From: a virus
Strand: one strand, 5' to 3'
Length of the DNA stretch: 64,000 nucleotides
Virus record (IMG/VR): IMGVR_UViG_3300032282_005588
Location: 16,083-80,082 of that record
Shown here: positions 32,859-41,326 of the stretch, in pieces
How positions within the stretch are numbered: position 1 is the stretch's first letter
Layout: the number at the start of each line of letters is the position of its first letter
Translations under genes and position numbers: made by a program
Notes under the pieces: generated by a model
Seen by the model: only the letters and a program-made list of their open reading frames with translations
Told to the model about the DNA's origin: nothing
The model's database searches: none

Positions 32859-33498
32859 ACCAATATCTAAAGAAATGTGTTTAGATGCTATGAATAAAAC
32901 TAGATCAATTAAGGCAGCAGCTAGATATTTAAATTGTTCATATCAGCATTTAAAACCTTATATGAAAATGTATATAGATGAAAATTCTGGAAAGAGTTTA
33001 TTTGAAATACATAAAAATCAAGCAGGTAAGGGTATATATAAATATCTAAGATATAGTCCTAAAAAACAATTAGCACTGAGTGATTTAATGGAGGGTAAAA
33101 TAGATTCATCACATTATGATCCTCAAAAAATTAAATTTAGATTATTTGAAGAAGGATTTCTTAAGGAAGAATGTGGTGTTTGTGGTTTTCATGATAGAAG
33201 ATTATTAGATTATAAAGTACCTGTTTTATTACATTTTAAAGATGAAAATAGACAAAATTATAAATTAACTAATTTAGAAATATTATGTTATAATTGTTAT
33301 TTTTTAATATGTGGTGATATTTTTAATAAAAAGGATATAATATCTATAGAGGGTAAAAATGATGTTAATAGTGTAACAATTGCATCAGATTTTCAAATGG
33401 ATGATTACCATATTCAAAGATTAAAGGATATCGGTATGTGGGGAGAAGATAATGATGAGGATGATAGTCCATATTCGTTAGTTAGTAGAAAAAAATGA
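32845..33498 (+). CDS. HTH plus HNH-like Zn-binding protein
   Basis: SIKAAARYLNCSY, then C..CG, LLHFKD.N..N....NL.ILCYNC. Confidence 0.65.
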   Translation: MRQAKPISKEMCLDAMNKTRSIKAAARYLNCSYQHLKPYMKMYIDENSGKSLFEIHKNQAGKGIYKYLRYSPKKQLALSDLMEGKIDSSHYDPQKIKFRLFEEGFLKEECGVCGFHDRRLLDYKVPVLLHFKDENRQNYKLTNLEILCYNCYFLICGDIFNKKDIISIEGKNDVNSVTIASDFQMDDYHIQRLKDIGMWGEDNDEDDSPYSLVSRKK

Positions 33499-33650
33499 AA
33501 CATAAGAAACACGATAAAATATTAAGAGATTTTGATTCACAAAAATCCAAAAATCTTGAAAAATTAGCCACTAAAATGTTAGATAGAGATGAAAAAAATC
33601 AAAAATTAAAAAGGAAATTCACTAATACGAAATGGCTAGATATATTTTAA
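33495..33650 (+). CDS. Small basic hypothetical protein (51 aa)
   Basis: Translated by hand. ATGA overlap with the upstream gene. Confidence 0.5.
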   Translation: MKHKKHDKILRDFDSQKSKNLEKLATKMLDRDEKNQKLKRKFTNTKWLDIF

Positions 33651-33943
33651 AAGAAGATCAATTTATTTTTGAAACAATAAATGATTTTGAAAGAGCAATT
33701 GAGGAAGGTGATTTTGAAATATCTAAAATTATAGTTGAAACTATACTAAGTAATTTAAATACTAAAAAGAAAAACATTTATGTAATGAATTTTTACATAG
33801 AAGAAACAGAAGAATCAATTGACTTTACAGTGCTAAGAAGTAACTTTTCAGAAGTTTTAGAAAAAAATTTAAAATTTTATGAAAAAGAAGAATTATATGA
33901 AATGTGTTCCGTCATTCAAAAAACAATAGAATTATTGAAATAA
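33632..33943 (+). CDS. Hypothetical protein, paralog-like to 31992..32306
   Basis: FYEKEELYEMCS.I. Confidence 0.55.
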   Translation: MARYILKEDQFIFETINDFERAIEEGDFEISKIIVETILSNLNTKKKNIYVMNFYIEETEESIDFTVLRSNFSEVLEKNLKFYEKEELYEMCSVIQKTIELLK

Positions 33944-34140
33944 AACACAAATATAACAAAAAAACTATCACAAGGATCTTGGCTACCCAGGATCCTTTAC
34001 TTATATTTATAATGTAATGGAAAATGAGAAAATTAAAATTAATGGTTTAAATATTCGTCATGTTGCCGCTATTGTACGACGAAACATGATCACTAAAACA
34101 AAACCATCAGATAAAGTCTATAACAGAAAAAAATCAAAAT

Positions 34141-34443
34141 ATGACTGAGAAGAAAGGATTTACGGGGCAACTTCGTTATGAATTTGATACATCTAAAAAT
34201 TTAGAAATATTGCTCCCTAGTAATAAATGGCATAGAGTAATACCAAATGAATTTCGTTCATTTAATGGAAAAAGACGAATAACAACATATTTAAAAAACG
34301 ATCCAATATACTCCGATTATAATGGTCCTATTTATTTATTTAAAACAAACCAAATAATTAAAAATCCTACCAAACAAGGTCTTCAGTACATTAATGATGA
34401 ATTACCTATATCAAAACCTCGATTATTTGAAAAGTTAAATTAA
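34141..34443 (+). CDS. Hypothetical protein
   Basis: 100 aa ORF. Confidence 0.6.
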   Translation: MTEKKGFTGQLRYEFDTSKNLEILLPSNKWHRVIPNEFRSFNGKRRITTYLKNDPIYSDYNGPIYLFKTNQIIKNPTKQGLQYINDELPISKPRLFEKLN

Positions 34444-34521
34444 TTATAAAAACTTTTTTAAAAATGTGCGGTGGAAAATGTAATTTCAAATATTTATATA
34501 TAAATAAAACTATTTATTAAT

Positions 34522-34875
34522 ATGGAACAAAATAAAAAATTAAAGAACTTCATAAAAACTACAATAAGAGAGTTTTTGAATGAAGGTGATATAAATTGGA
34601 GTAAAGAAAAATCATGGAAGATAAAAGACCAATTTCCAATTGAAGTATTTGTTGAAAAGAGTTGGACTGGTAAATATTATGTTGTGAAAGTTCCAACTAT
34701 GAGTATGAGTTATGAAACATATATGGATTTAGATAATTTTGGTAAAGTAGATATTTCAACCTATGATTATGAAAATGGTGAAGCGAAATTCACTTCATAT
34801 ACATTAGATGATATAAAAGAATGGGGTGAAAAAAATAAAGATAGAATTACTATTAATTATTCAAAGGTTAGATAG
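34522..34875 (+). CDS. Hypothetical protein with an IKTTIREFLNE N-terminus, flanked by an inverted repeat
   Basis: Upstream ATATTTATA motif. IR at about 34449-34465 / 34876-34891. Confidence 0.6.
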   Translation: MEQNKKLKNFIKTTIREFLNEGDINWSKEKSWKIKDQFPIEVFVEKSWTGKYYVVKVPTMSMSYETYMDLDNFGKVDISTYDYENGEAKFTSYTLDDIKEWGEKNKDRITINYSKVR

Positions 34876-34960
34876 ATTTTTAAAAAGTTTTCATCTCTAA
34901 ACTTAATTTGAAACACGAATGTAGTATTGTGTATAATATTTATTATAAAACAAACAATGT

Positions 34961-35314
34961 ATGTTAATAATAAAAACCAAATTAGATAATTCATCAATTC
35001 ATGGAATTGGGTTGTTTTCATTAGAAAAAATAGAAAAAGAACAAGTCATTGCTGAATTGAGTGAATTTGATATTAAAATTAAAAAAGATGATGTTCCACA
35101 AAAACATATTGAAATGTTTGAGTTTTATTTTGGTGTTGAAAAAGATTGTTATCAAACATATTTTGACAACATGCGTTTTATGAATCATTCAGATTATCCA
35201 AATTGTATTGACGCAAAAAATGGTTTATGTATTGCTATTAAAGATATCGAAATAGGTAAAGAACTTACTTGCGATTATTCTTTTTTTTGTGATTTATGGG
35301 AAAATATTGATTAA
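34961..35314 (+). CDS. SET-domain protein
   Basis: S.IHG.GLF, RFMNHSD.PN, A.KDI..G.ELT.DY. Confidence 0.88.
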   Translation: MLIIKTKLDNSSIHGIGLFSLEKIEKEQVIAELSEFDIKIKKDDVPQKHIEMFEFYFGVEKDCYQTYFDNMRFMNHSDYPNCIDAKNGLCIAIKDIEIGKELTCDYSFFCDLWENID

Positions 35315-35338
35315 ATATTAATTTTTTTTTCATTTTTA

Positions 35339-35370
35339 TTAGGAATATCGAAATAAGTTTATTACCTTTG
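35339..35370 (+). promoter_or_regulatory. Bacteroidota-type promoter (-7 box TACCTTTG) pointing into the cassette array
   Basis: TAnnTTTG at 35363-35370. Confidence 0.5.
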
Positions 35371-35383
35371 AAAAAAAATAGAT

Positions 35384-35557
35384 ATGAAAGAAATAAATTT
35401 GAAACTTGAAACAAAGAAAGTGGAGTGCGAAACCATTTCAATAAAAACTGCGATAGTGGTTGAAGAAGGAACACCAGAAATAGTTATACCGAAAAAGATT
35501 AGAAAAGAGGTTGAGAAACTTTTGATTGATGAACTTAAAATCTCAAAACAAAAATAA
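35384..35557 (+). CDS. Small hypothetical protein (57 aa), probable remnant of a distal cassette
   Basis: MKEINLKLETKK..., followed closely by the first ATAAC core. Confidence 0.55.
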   Translation: MKEINLKLETKKVECETISIKTAIVVEEGTPEIVIPKKIRKEVEKLLIDELKISKQK

Positions 35558-35565
35558 CATTTCAT

Positions 35566-35615
35566 ATAACGGTTGCAAATAAAACATCGTTTTAATGTGT
35601 TTTATTTGTTGTTAT
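35566..35615. repeat. attC-like hairpin 1
   Basis: ATAAC-GGTTG-CAAATAAAACA-tcgttttaatg-TGTTTTATTTG-TT-GTTAT. Confidence 0.85.
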
Positions 35616-35656
35616 GTTTTAGTTTTAAAAATTTTATACAAATAAAAAATAAATAT

Positions 35657-36025
35657 ATGGAAACAAAAAAAGCAGAAATAGAAATAAAAAACTTACTTGA
35701 TAGTGGTTTAAGTTTTGAATATGATTTTGATTACAATAATGTAAATAAAGTTAATTTAGCAATTAACAGAGAAGGATATTCTATAAAAGATATTATTTCA
35801 AAACTTAAACAAGGTGAGAAAATTACTTTTATGATAAATGATGGTGAAACTTGGAATGAAAAACAAGGCAATGAAAGTAAGTTTTTATACAATGAAAAAT
35901 ATGATGGTTCTATTTATTGGGAACACAAAACTTATGGTGATTGGGTAAGGGTTGATAGCAATATGGGTTCGTTACAAGAATGGTCAAAAGAATTAAATGA
36001 TAAGTTTTGTATAAAACAATCATAA
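35657..36025 (+). CDS. Cassette 1 hypothetical protein
   Basis: METKKAEIEI..., lying between GTTAT 35611 and ATAAC 36043. Confidence 0.7.
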   Translation: METKKAEIEIKNLLDSGLSFEYDFDYNNVNKVNLAINREGYSIKDIISKLKQGEKITFMINDGETWNEKQGNESKFLYNEKYDGSIYWEHKTYGDWVRVDSNMGSLQEWSKELNDKFCIKQS

Positions 36026-36042
36026 AATTTTTAAAATTAAAC

Positions 36043-36357
36043 ATAACGGTTGCGGATATATGAATGTAAAAAATTAATAATTAGAAAGATGATAACAATA
36101 CAAAATTTAACGGAATTAGGTTTTAGTGAGATACTTGATATATTCACTGGAAAACAAGTTTGGGTTTTAGGTGAAGAAGATACGGAGATATGTGGAAACC
36201 CCTGTAGATTACCAATATTATATTACAACATAGAAACTCAAACTTGTAAAGTAGTTAGGGGTGAATTTTGTGTTGTTCAACGAGAATGTAAATCGGAGGA
36301 AGAAATTAGAAAGTTTGTAGAATCTATTAATTTTTTATTTCATATATCCGTTGTTAT
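36043..36357. repeat. attC-like hairpin 2 with a ~250 bp coding loop
   Basis: ATAAC-GGTTG-CGGATATATGAA.TAAAAAATTAATA ... TATTAATTTTTTA.TTCATATATCCG-TT-GTTAT. Confidence 0.8.
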
Positions 36358-36418
36358 AAATAGTAAATTAAAATGGTATCAAAAATTGATTGGTGCATTT
36401 AAGAACAGAAGATTTTAA
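36089..36418 (+). CDS. Cassette 2 hypothetical protein
   Basis: MITIQNLTELGF..., mostly inside the hairpin loop and reading through GTTAT. Confidence 0.65.
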   Translation: MITIQNLTELGFSEILDIFTGKQVWVLGEEDTEICGNPCRLPILYYNIETQTCKVVRGEFCVVQRECKSEEEIRKFVESINFLFHISVVINSKLKWYQKLIGAFKNRRF

Positions 36419-36428
36419 TTTATTGTTT

Positions 36429-36555
36429 ATAACGGTTACAGATATATGTAGTTTTTTTCTTAAATTGAAACACAAAACTTAAATAATATGAACAAAGATA
36501 ATAAGAACACGGAAGTTGATAACACAGATAAAAAATTACATATATCTGATGTTAT
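36429..36555. repeat. attC-like hairpin 3
   Basis: ATAAC-GGTTA-CAGATATATGTAGTTTTTT ... AAAAAATTACATATATCTG-AT-GTTAT. Confidence 0.85.
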
Positions 36556-36709
36556 GAAACGTATTGACGAACTGATAGATGAATATAAACAAGCGAAAAT
36601 TAATATAGACACGTGTACAGATGACTTTGAATGGAATAATTTAGATAGAAGGATAAGTCATTTAAAACGCTTGTTTATAGAAATTGGTGTATGGAAATAT
36701 GTTTCATAA
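36488..36709 (+). CDS. Cassette 3 hypothetical protein
   Basis: Starts in the hairpin loop. Its stop TAA is part of ATAAC. Confidence 0.65.
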   Translation: MNKDNKNTEVDNTDKKLHISDVMKRIDELIDEYKQAKINIDTCTDDFEWNNLDRRISHLKRLFIEIGVWKYVS

Positions 36710-36793
36710 CGATTGGGTATATATGAAGTACCTAACGATAAACTTAAATAATTAGTAGAAACTTTATGAGGTATTTCATATATACCTTGTTAT
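36706..36793. repeat. attC-like hairpin 4
   Basis: ATAAC-GATTG-GGTATATATGAAGTACCT ... AGGTATTTCATATATACC-TT-GTTAT. Confidence 0.85.
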
Positions 36794-36805
36794 AAAACGT
36801 TTATT

Positions 36806-37048
36806 ATGAGATTTAAAAAATTGATTTATAAAAATTTCTTTGGAGAATACAACATTTTGATAACCATAACAGATGATGGTAAAACACCACACAGAGACAC
36901 ATTAATTCCAGATAGGGAAATATATAATTCACATATTTGGATTCACGATAATATTGTAAAAAAGAATCACACAAGAAAAGAAATTTTTATTCTTGATTCT
37001 ATTGTGAGTGATGACGAACTTAAAAGTGTTCTTGGAAATGTTTTATAA
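36806..37048 (+). CDS. Cassette 4 hypothetical protein
   Basis: Stop TAA lies within ATAAC 37045. Confidence 0.65.
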   Translation: MRFKKLIYKNFFGEYNILITITDDGKTPHRDTLIPDREIYNSHIWIHDNIVKKNHTRKEIFILDSIVSDDELKSVLGNVL

Positions 37049-37126
37049 CGTTTTGCACATAAGCGAAGGCACAAATTGCGTTGGCATTGTGCGGTTGGAT
37101 TTGGGCTTTTGCTTATGTGCTGTTAG
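37045..37126. repeat. attC-like hairpin 5
   Basis: ATAAC-GTTTT-GCACATAAGCGAAGGC ... GCTTTTGCTTATGTGC-T-GTTAG. Confidence 0.85.
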
Positions 37127-37163
37127 CAGTAGTACGGATTATTAACAAATAAATATAAATAGA

Positions 37164-37385
37164 ATGAGAATTTATCAATTAAGAACAGCAAAAGAGTTTT
37201 ACAACTCAATTAAAGGAAACTTCACAACAGAAGAATTAATGCAAATGTATGCAGAAGATGTAGCAAAAAGATTTGCTGCTGAATGTGTAAATGAGGCACT
37301 CGGTAATAAGATGGAAGTGTCAAACTCTTTGCATCACGCAATAGAAGGAAAGTACAAATCTATCATTTGGGAGAACGAAGGTTAG
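37164..37385 (+). CDS. Cassette 5 hypothetical protein
   Basis: Lies between GTTAG-CAGTAGTAC and GTATTACTG-CTAAC. Confidence 0.65.
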   Translation: MRIYQLRTAKEFYNSIKGNFTTEELMQMYAEDVAKRFAAECVNEALGNKMEVSNSLHHAIEGKYKSIIWENEG

Positions 37386-37393
37386 TATTACTG

Positions 37394-37521
37394 CTAACGG
37401 TCGGGTATTGTTGTCTGTTGGCGACTTAAACCACAAATGTTAAATTGAAAAACAAAATTAGATATGAGTACAAAAGTTAAATCGAAGCACAAAACCGCCA
37501 ATAGCAACAATACCTTGTTAT
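37394..37521. repeat. attC-like hairpin 6
   Basis: CTAAC-GGTCG-GGTATTGTTG.CTGTTGGCG ... CGCCAATAGCAACAATACC-TT-GTTAT. Confidence 0.85.
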
Positions 37522-37796
37522 CGGCTGCCTTTCTTATTAGCAAGGGCTTCAAGTTGGTAGAAGAAAGTCAAAGTCCGTTTGAAAATTTCAAAATGGATTA
37601 TTTTGTAAAAGAAGGGGTACTGCTTTTTTTCAATACGCCTGTAACCGAATGGAACGAAAATGATTTCCTTGTTGGATGTGCTGAAATGAGATGTGGGAAG
37701 TATTACGTTGTTGCTTTTAGGTGGATAAAAGAGCAAAAAGATATTATTGAAATTTACAAATCGGTAAAAGGTAAGGATTTGGATGGTGTCGGTTAA
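37464..37796 (+). CDS. Cassette 6 hypothetical protein
   Basis: Starts in the hairpin loop and reads through GTTAT. Confidence 0.65.
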   Translation: MSTKVKSKHKTANSNNTLLSAAFLISKGFKLVEESQSPFENFKMDYFVKEGVLLFFNTPVTEWNENDFLVGCAEMRCGKYYVVAFRWIKEQKDIIEIYKSVKGKDLDGVG

Positions 37797-37804
37797 GGTT
37801 GCCG

Positions 37805-37861
37805 CTAACTATTATATATACGCAACTACGTTTAATCACCAATAAAATCAACGGTTTTAAT
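37805..37861. other. attI-like site: last CTAAC core, not followed by a hairpin, abutting the integrase start
   Basis: CTAAC-tattatatatacgcaac..., which reads GTTAG on the minus strand. Confidence 0.55.
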
Positions 37862-38659
37862 ATGAAAATTCTTAAAATATTTGAGGAAAAGTTAAGATAT
37901 AAAAACTACTCAGATAAGAGTATTAGGTTATATATTTCATATTTGAGGCTCTTTTTAGAAAAAGAAAAGATAAAAGACCCATATCAAGTTAGAACCCAAC
38001 AAATAGTCTCATTTCTTGAAAACTACCCATTCACCAGTATAAGTCAACAAAATCAATATATTGGTACTCTTAAATTATTTGCTAAATATATATTAAGTAA
38101 AAAAGACATCCATTTAAGTAAAATGGAGAGACCCAAATCGGAAAAGAAACTACCCAGAGTTATTGATGGGGAATTTATCAAAGAAAAATTATCTAAAATT
38201 GAAAATATAAAGCACAAAGCAATACTTACCTTAACTTACTCTGTTGGATTAAGAGTGTCTGAAGTAGTTAATTTAAAGATTGAAGATATTGATTCCAAAA
38301 GAATGTTGATTCATATCAAAAACGCAAAGGGTAGGAAAGATAGATTGGTTCCGTTATCACCAAATGTTCTCAATCTATTAAGAGAATATTTTAAAGAATT
38401 CAAACCGACTCAATATCTATTTAATGGTCAAAACTCAAATCAATACTCAATAGGTAGTTGTCAACAAATTTATAAAAAATATATTGATAAAAACAGTTCA
38501 ATACATACTTTAAGGCATTCATCTTTTACAGGTTTACTAGAAAACGGAACTGATTTAAGAATAATACAAAAAATAGCGGGACATTCCTCATCCAAAACAA
38601 CAGAAATTTATACTCATGTCTCCAACCAAATGCTTTCAAAAATTAATTTGGTTATTTAG
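37862..38659 (+). CDS. Tyrosine recombinase (XerD/IntI-like with N-terminal SAM-like domain)
   Basis: Catalytic residues intact: GLRVSE (R), KGRKDR (K), HTLRH (HxxR), GHSS (H), TEIYTH (Y). Confidence 0.93.
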   Translation: MKILKIFEEKLRYKNYSDKSIRLYISYLRLFLEKEKIKDPYQVRTQQIVSFLENYPFTSISQQNQYIGTLKLFAKYILSKKDIHLSKMERPKSEKKLPRVIDGEFIKEKLSKIENIKHKAILTLTYSVGLRVSEVVNLKIEDIDSKRMLIHIKNAKGRKDRLVPLSPNVLNLLREYFKEFKPTQYLFNGQNSNQYSIGSCQQIYKKYIDKNSSIHTLRHSSFTGLLENGTDLRIIQKIAGHSSSKTTEIYTHVSNQMLSKINLVI

Positions 38660-38689
38660 GATGTTTCACATACATTAACATCATAATAA
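38647..38689 (+). promoter_or_regulatory. Early promoter TTGG-N19-TACATTAACATCATAATAA (first full copy)
   Basis: Full motif recurs at about 43632, 50559, 52698, 56833, 58435 and 58756, and on the minus strand at about 50405. Shorter TTGG-N19-TAYATT versions occur at 6965 and 9783, among others. Confidence 0.75.
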
Positions 38690-38707
38690 ATAAAAATAAA
38701 AATAAAA

Positions 38708-39502
38708 ATGATAAATCTACAGGCTCAATTCAAAACAAAAGAAGAAATTCGTTCTTTAGCTCCAAGTATCTTTACTGAAAATGGTGCTTCAAATGTATCA
38801 GAAAATTATACACATATTCCAACATATAAAATTATTGATGATATGGAATTGTTAGGTTGGAAACCAATTGATGCAAAAGAAGTTAAAGCAAGAAAATCAA
38901 TAGGATATCAAAAACACCTAATTGTATTCCGTAATGAAGATATTTTTATTAATGGAGAAGATGGAGACAATGTGTTTCCCCAAATATTACTTACAAATTC
39001 TCATGATGGGAAGAATGCATTTACATTTACAGCAGGTCTTTTTAGAATGATATGTGAAAATGGATTAGTACTTTCAACTAAGGAATTTGAAAATATAAAA
39101 ATTCGTCATTATGGTTATAATTTTGAAGAATTGCAAAACACAATTGAAATGATGGTTAACAAACTACCCCTAACAATTGATTCTATGAATAAATTTAAAC
39201 AAATTCAATTAGGTCAAGACCAAATGATGAAGTTTGCTGAGGAAGCTGTTAAGATTAGATTTAATAATGATATTGATAATATTAAAATTGATTTAGGTGA
39301 TTTACTTACTCCAACACGTATAGAAGATAGAGGGAATGATCTGTGGAGTGTATTTAATGTAGTTCAAGAAAAATTAACACATGGTGGGTTTAATTATAAT
39401 ATTGGTTCTAAAAATCGAAAAGCAAGAAAAATAAAAAATTTCAAACAAGATTTAGATATGAATATTAAATTACATGATTTGGCTTTAGAATATGCTAATT
39501 AA
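38708..39502 (+). CDS. DUF932/DUF945 family protein
   Basis: APSIF, YTHIPT, KHLIVFR, NSHDG, AGLFRMICENGLV, R.ED...DLWSVFNVVQE. Confidence 0.85.
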   Translation: MINLQAQFKTKEEIRSLAPSIFTENGASNVSENYTHIPTYKIIDDMELLGWKPIDAKEVKARKSIGYQKHLIVFRNEDIFINGEDGDNVFPQILLTNSHDGKNAFTFTAGLFRMICENGLVLSTKEFENIKIRHYGYNFEELQNTIEMMVNKLPLTIDSMNKFKQIQLGQDQMMKFAEEAVKIRFNNDIDNIKIDLGDLLTPTRIEDRGNDLWSVFNVVQEKLTHGGFNYNIGSKNRKARKIKNFKQDLDMNIKLHDLALEYAN

Positions 39503-39513
39503 TTTATAATACA

Positions 39514-39909
39514 ATGAATAGAATACAAATAAATGGTGATTGGTATATTAAAGAAGACCAATTAGTTGAAATAAAAAATGTTCCACAAAATCTTATAGAT
39601 GAAGATGATATAATACATGCTAAATCATGTTTATATGAAAGTGATAATTATGCTTGGGAAGCAACATCCATTCGTAAAGATAATTCTGATGCCTATTATG
39701 ATGGGGTTGATATTAAATTCACAGATAAACGAATTAAACCATTTAAAGAAGAATATTGGGATAACAATATATGGGTGATGGATATTTATAATAATTTCCC
39801 TACAGGTGAATCATCATTATCAGCTTTAGAATCTATGGATATTAATGGGGTACAGATATTTAGGGAGTTTATAGGTTATCTAATTAAAATTGGTTGGATT
39901 AAAAATTAA
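39514..39909 (+). CDS. Hypothetical protein
   Basis: 131 aa ORF. Confidence 0.6.
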   Translation: MNRIQINGDWYIKEDQLVEIKNVPQNLIDEDDIIHAKSCLYESDNYAWEATSIRKDNSDAYYDGVDIKFTDKRIKPFKEEYWDNNIWVMDIYNNFPTGESSLSALESMDINGVQIFREFIGYLIKIGWIKN

Positions 39910-39913
39910 TAAT

Positions 39914-40204
39914 ATGATAAAATGGAAATATAAACCCTCAGGTATGTGTCCAGTACAAGCTGAGGGTTGGTTTATGGATTATTATTTTTATTTTAGGGCT
40001 AGATGGGATGAAGCATCAATTGAATTCTCTAAAACAGAACCTGGGTGGGAAAACGATCTTATACATGCTCGATATATTCTATGGACTACTTATAATAAAC
40101 CATATAAAGCTGGATACTTGAATAAGTGGTTTTGTATATTTTTAATATATATAGGGTGTATTAAGTTTTTATTACATAAAAATAAACATAAATCATTATC
40201 ATGA
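39914..40204 (+). CDS. Hypothetical protein
   Basis: G.CPVQAEG....FYFRARW. Confidence 0.6.
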   Translation: MIKWKYKPSGMCPVQAEGWFMDYYFYFRARWDEASIEFSKTEPGWENDLIHARYILWTTYNKPYKAGYLNKWFCIFLIYIGCIKFLLHKNKHKSLS

Positions 40205-40455
40205 CATTTAAAGAAATTATAATATATTGTTTCATCCTACCCGTGGTAACACTTTTCCTTGGGCTTTGGATTGGTTTAAATGGTAATAAAGGTGTTCCAT
40301 CAAAACATTATCCAATTGAGGTACGATGTTATTGGAGTACTAATGGTTATCAATCATATCCAGAAATGGAATGTGACTCGATAAAAGGAGATACATTATG
40401 GAAAGATGGTGTTAGTATTGTTCCTAAAAATATAATTCAAATAAGTTTTAAATAA
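40201..40455 (+). CDS. Hypothetical membrane-anchored protein
   Basis: N-terminal hydrophobic helix. Confidence 0.55.
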   Translation: MTFKEIIIYCFILPVVTLFLGLWIGLNGNKGVPSKHYPIEVRCYWSTNGYQSYPEMECDSIKGDTLWKDGVSIVPKNIIQISFK

Positions 40456-40685
40456 TGAAAGGCATTTTACATAAAGGTGAATATAATGAATGGTTAGTAA
40501 CATGTCAGGATATATTTCAATTACATCCTGATGATGCTAATGAATTATTTGAATTAGAACAAATATTCGATAACTTAGAAGCAAGAATAAGAATACAACC
40601 TATAGTAGAATTTGATGTTGTAGAATATAAAAAATTAACGGGAATTATTAAATACGCTAAATTAATAAAAAATGAAATTCACTGA
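40455..40685 (+). CDS. Hypothetical protein
   Basis: Coupled ORF. Confidence 0.55.
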   Translation: MKGILHKGEYNEWLVTCQDIFQLHPDDANELFELEQIFDNLEARIRIQPIVEFDVVEYKKLTGIIKYAKLIKNEIH

Positions 40686-41265
40686 CACCTTCAAAATATC
40701 ATCAAATAATTTATATTATAAAAATACTTGGTTATATAAAACATATTCTTTTTTGAGATATAATTTCCCTCATTTTTGTAAAAATATTTGGAAATTCAGA
40801 AAAGCACTTTATAATCATTATTGGTTTGATCATTATGGGGTTCTCACATTTATGGAAATAGGTCTTACTGATATGGCTACTAATATTGAAAAATATGGTA
40901 TTGAAGTTGATTCTTCACGATTAAAAAAGGTTGAAAAAATGCGAAGAGTAATTCAATTAATTAAGAATTATAATGACGATTTATATATTGAAATGGCAGA
41001 AAAGGAATTAGGAGAATTAACAACATATAAATTGGAATTTAAACCATCAGAAAATAATCCTGATTTTTTTGAGTTAGTGGATAAAGATACACCAGAAGAA
41101 AAAGAACATAATAAAAAAATATATAATAGAGCAAGAGAAATTGAGGAACAAGAATGGAATGAATTATGGGAAATACTTAAAGGACAAAATTATAATATAT
41201 TCAATAAAGACGAAGACTTTGATGAGCAAAATGATGGATCAGGGATAAGAATATGGTGGGATTAA
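40672..41265 (+). CDS. Hypothetical phage protein
   Basis: 197 aa, ending in WWD. Confidence 0.65.
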   Translation: MKFTDTFKISSNNLYYKNTWLYKTYSFLRYNFPHFCKNIWKFRKALYNHYWFDHYGVLTFMEIGLTDMATNIEKYGIEVDSSRLKKVEKMRRVIQLIKNYNDDLYIEMAEKELGELTTYKLEFKPSENNPDFFELVDKDTPEEKEHNKKIYNRAREIEEQEWNELWEILKGQNYNIFNKDEDFDEQNDGSGIRIWWD

Positions 41266-41326
41266 AGATAGGTTTGGTATTTCTAGATAATTTACTTATA
41301 TTAATATTATAATAATATTAACAATC

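Larger units (their letters stand above)
35566..38659. mobile_element. Integron-like element: six hairpin-first gene cassettes, an attI-like end and a tyrosine recombinase
   Basis: Seven (A/C)TAAC cores and six GTTA(T/G) cores with nested inverted repeats. See findings. Confidence 0.8.

Noticed and set aside
36043-37796. Combinatorial fusion of N-terminal leaders to C-terminal domains by crossover at GTTAT
   Set aside because: The tRNA insertion and the integrase-proximal end both put the crossover on the AAC side, so a hairpin and its downstream gene move together.
35566-37809. CRISPR array or shufflon
   Set aside because: There are no identical direct repeats, spacers are gene-sized, and all ORFs share one orientation.
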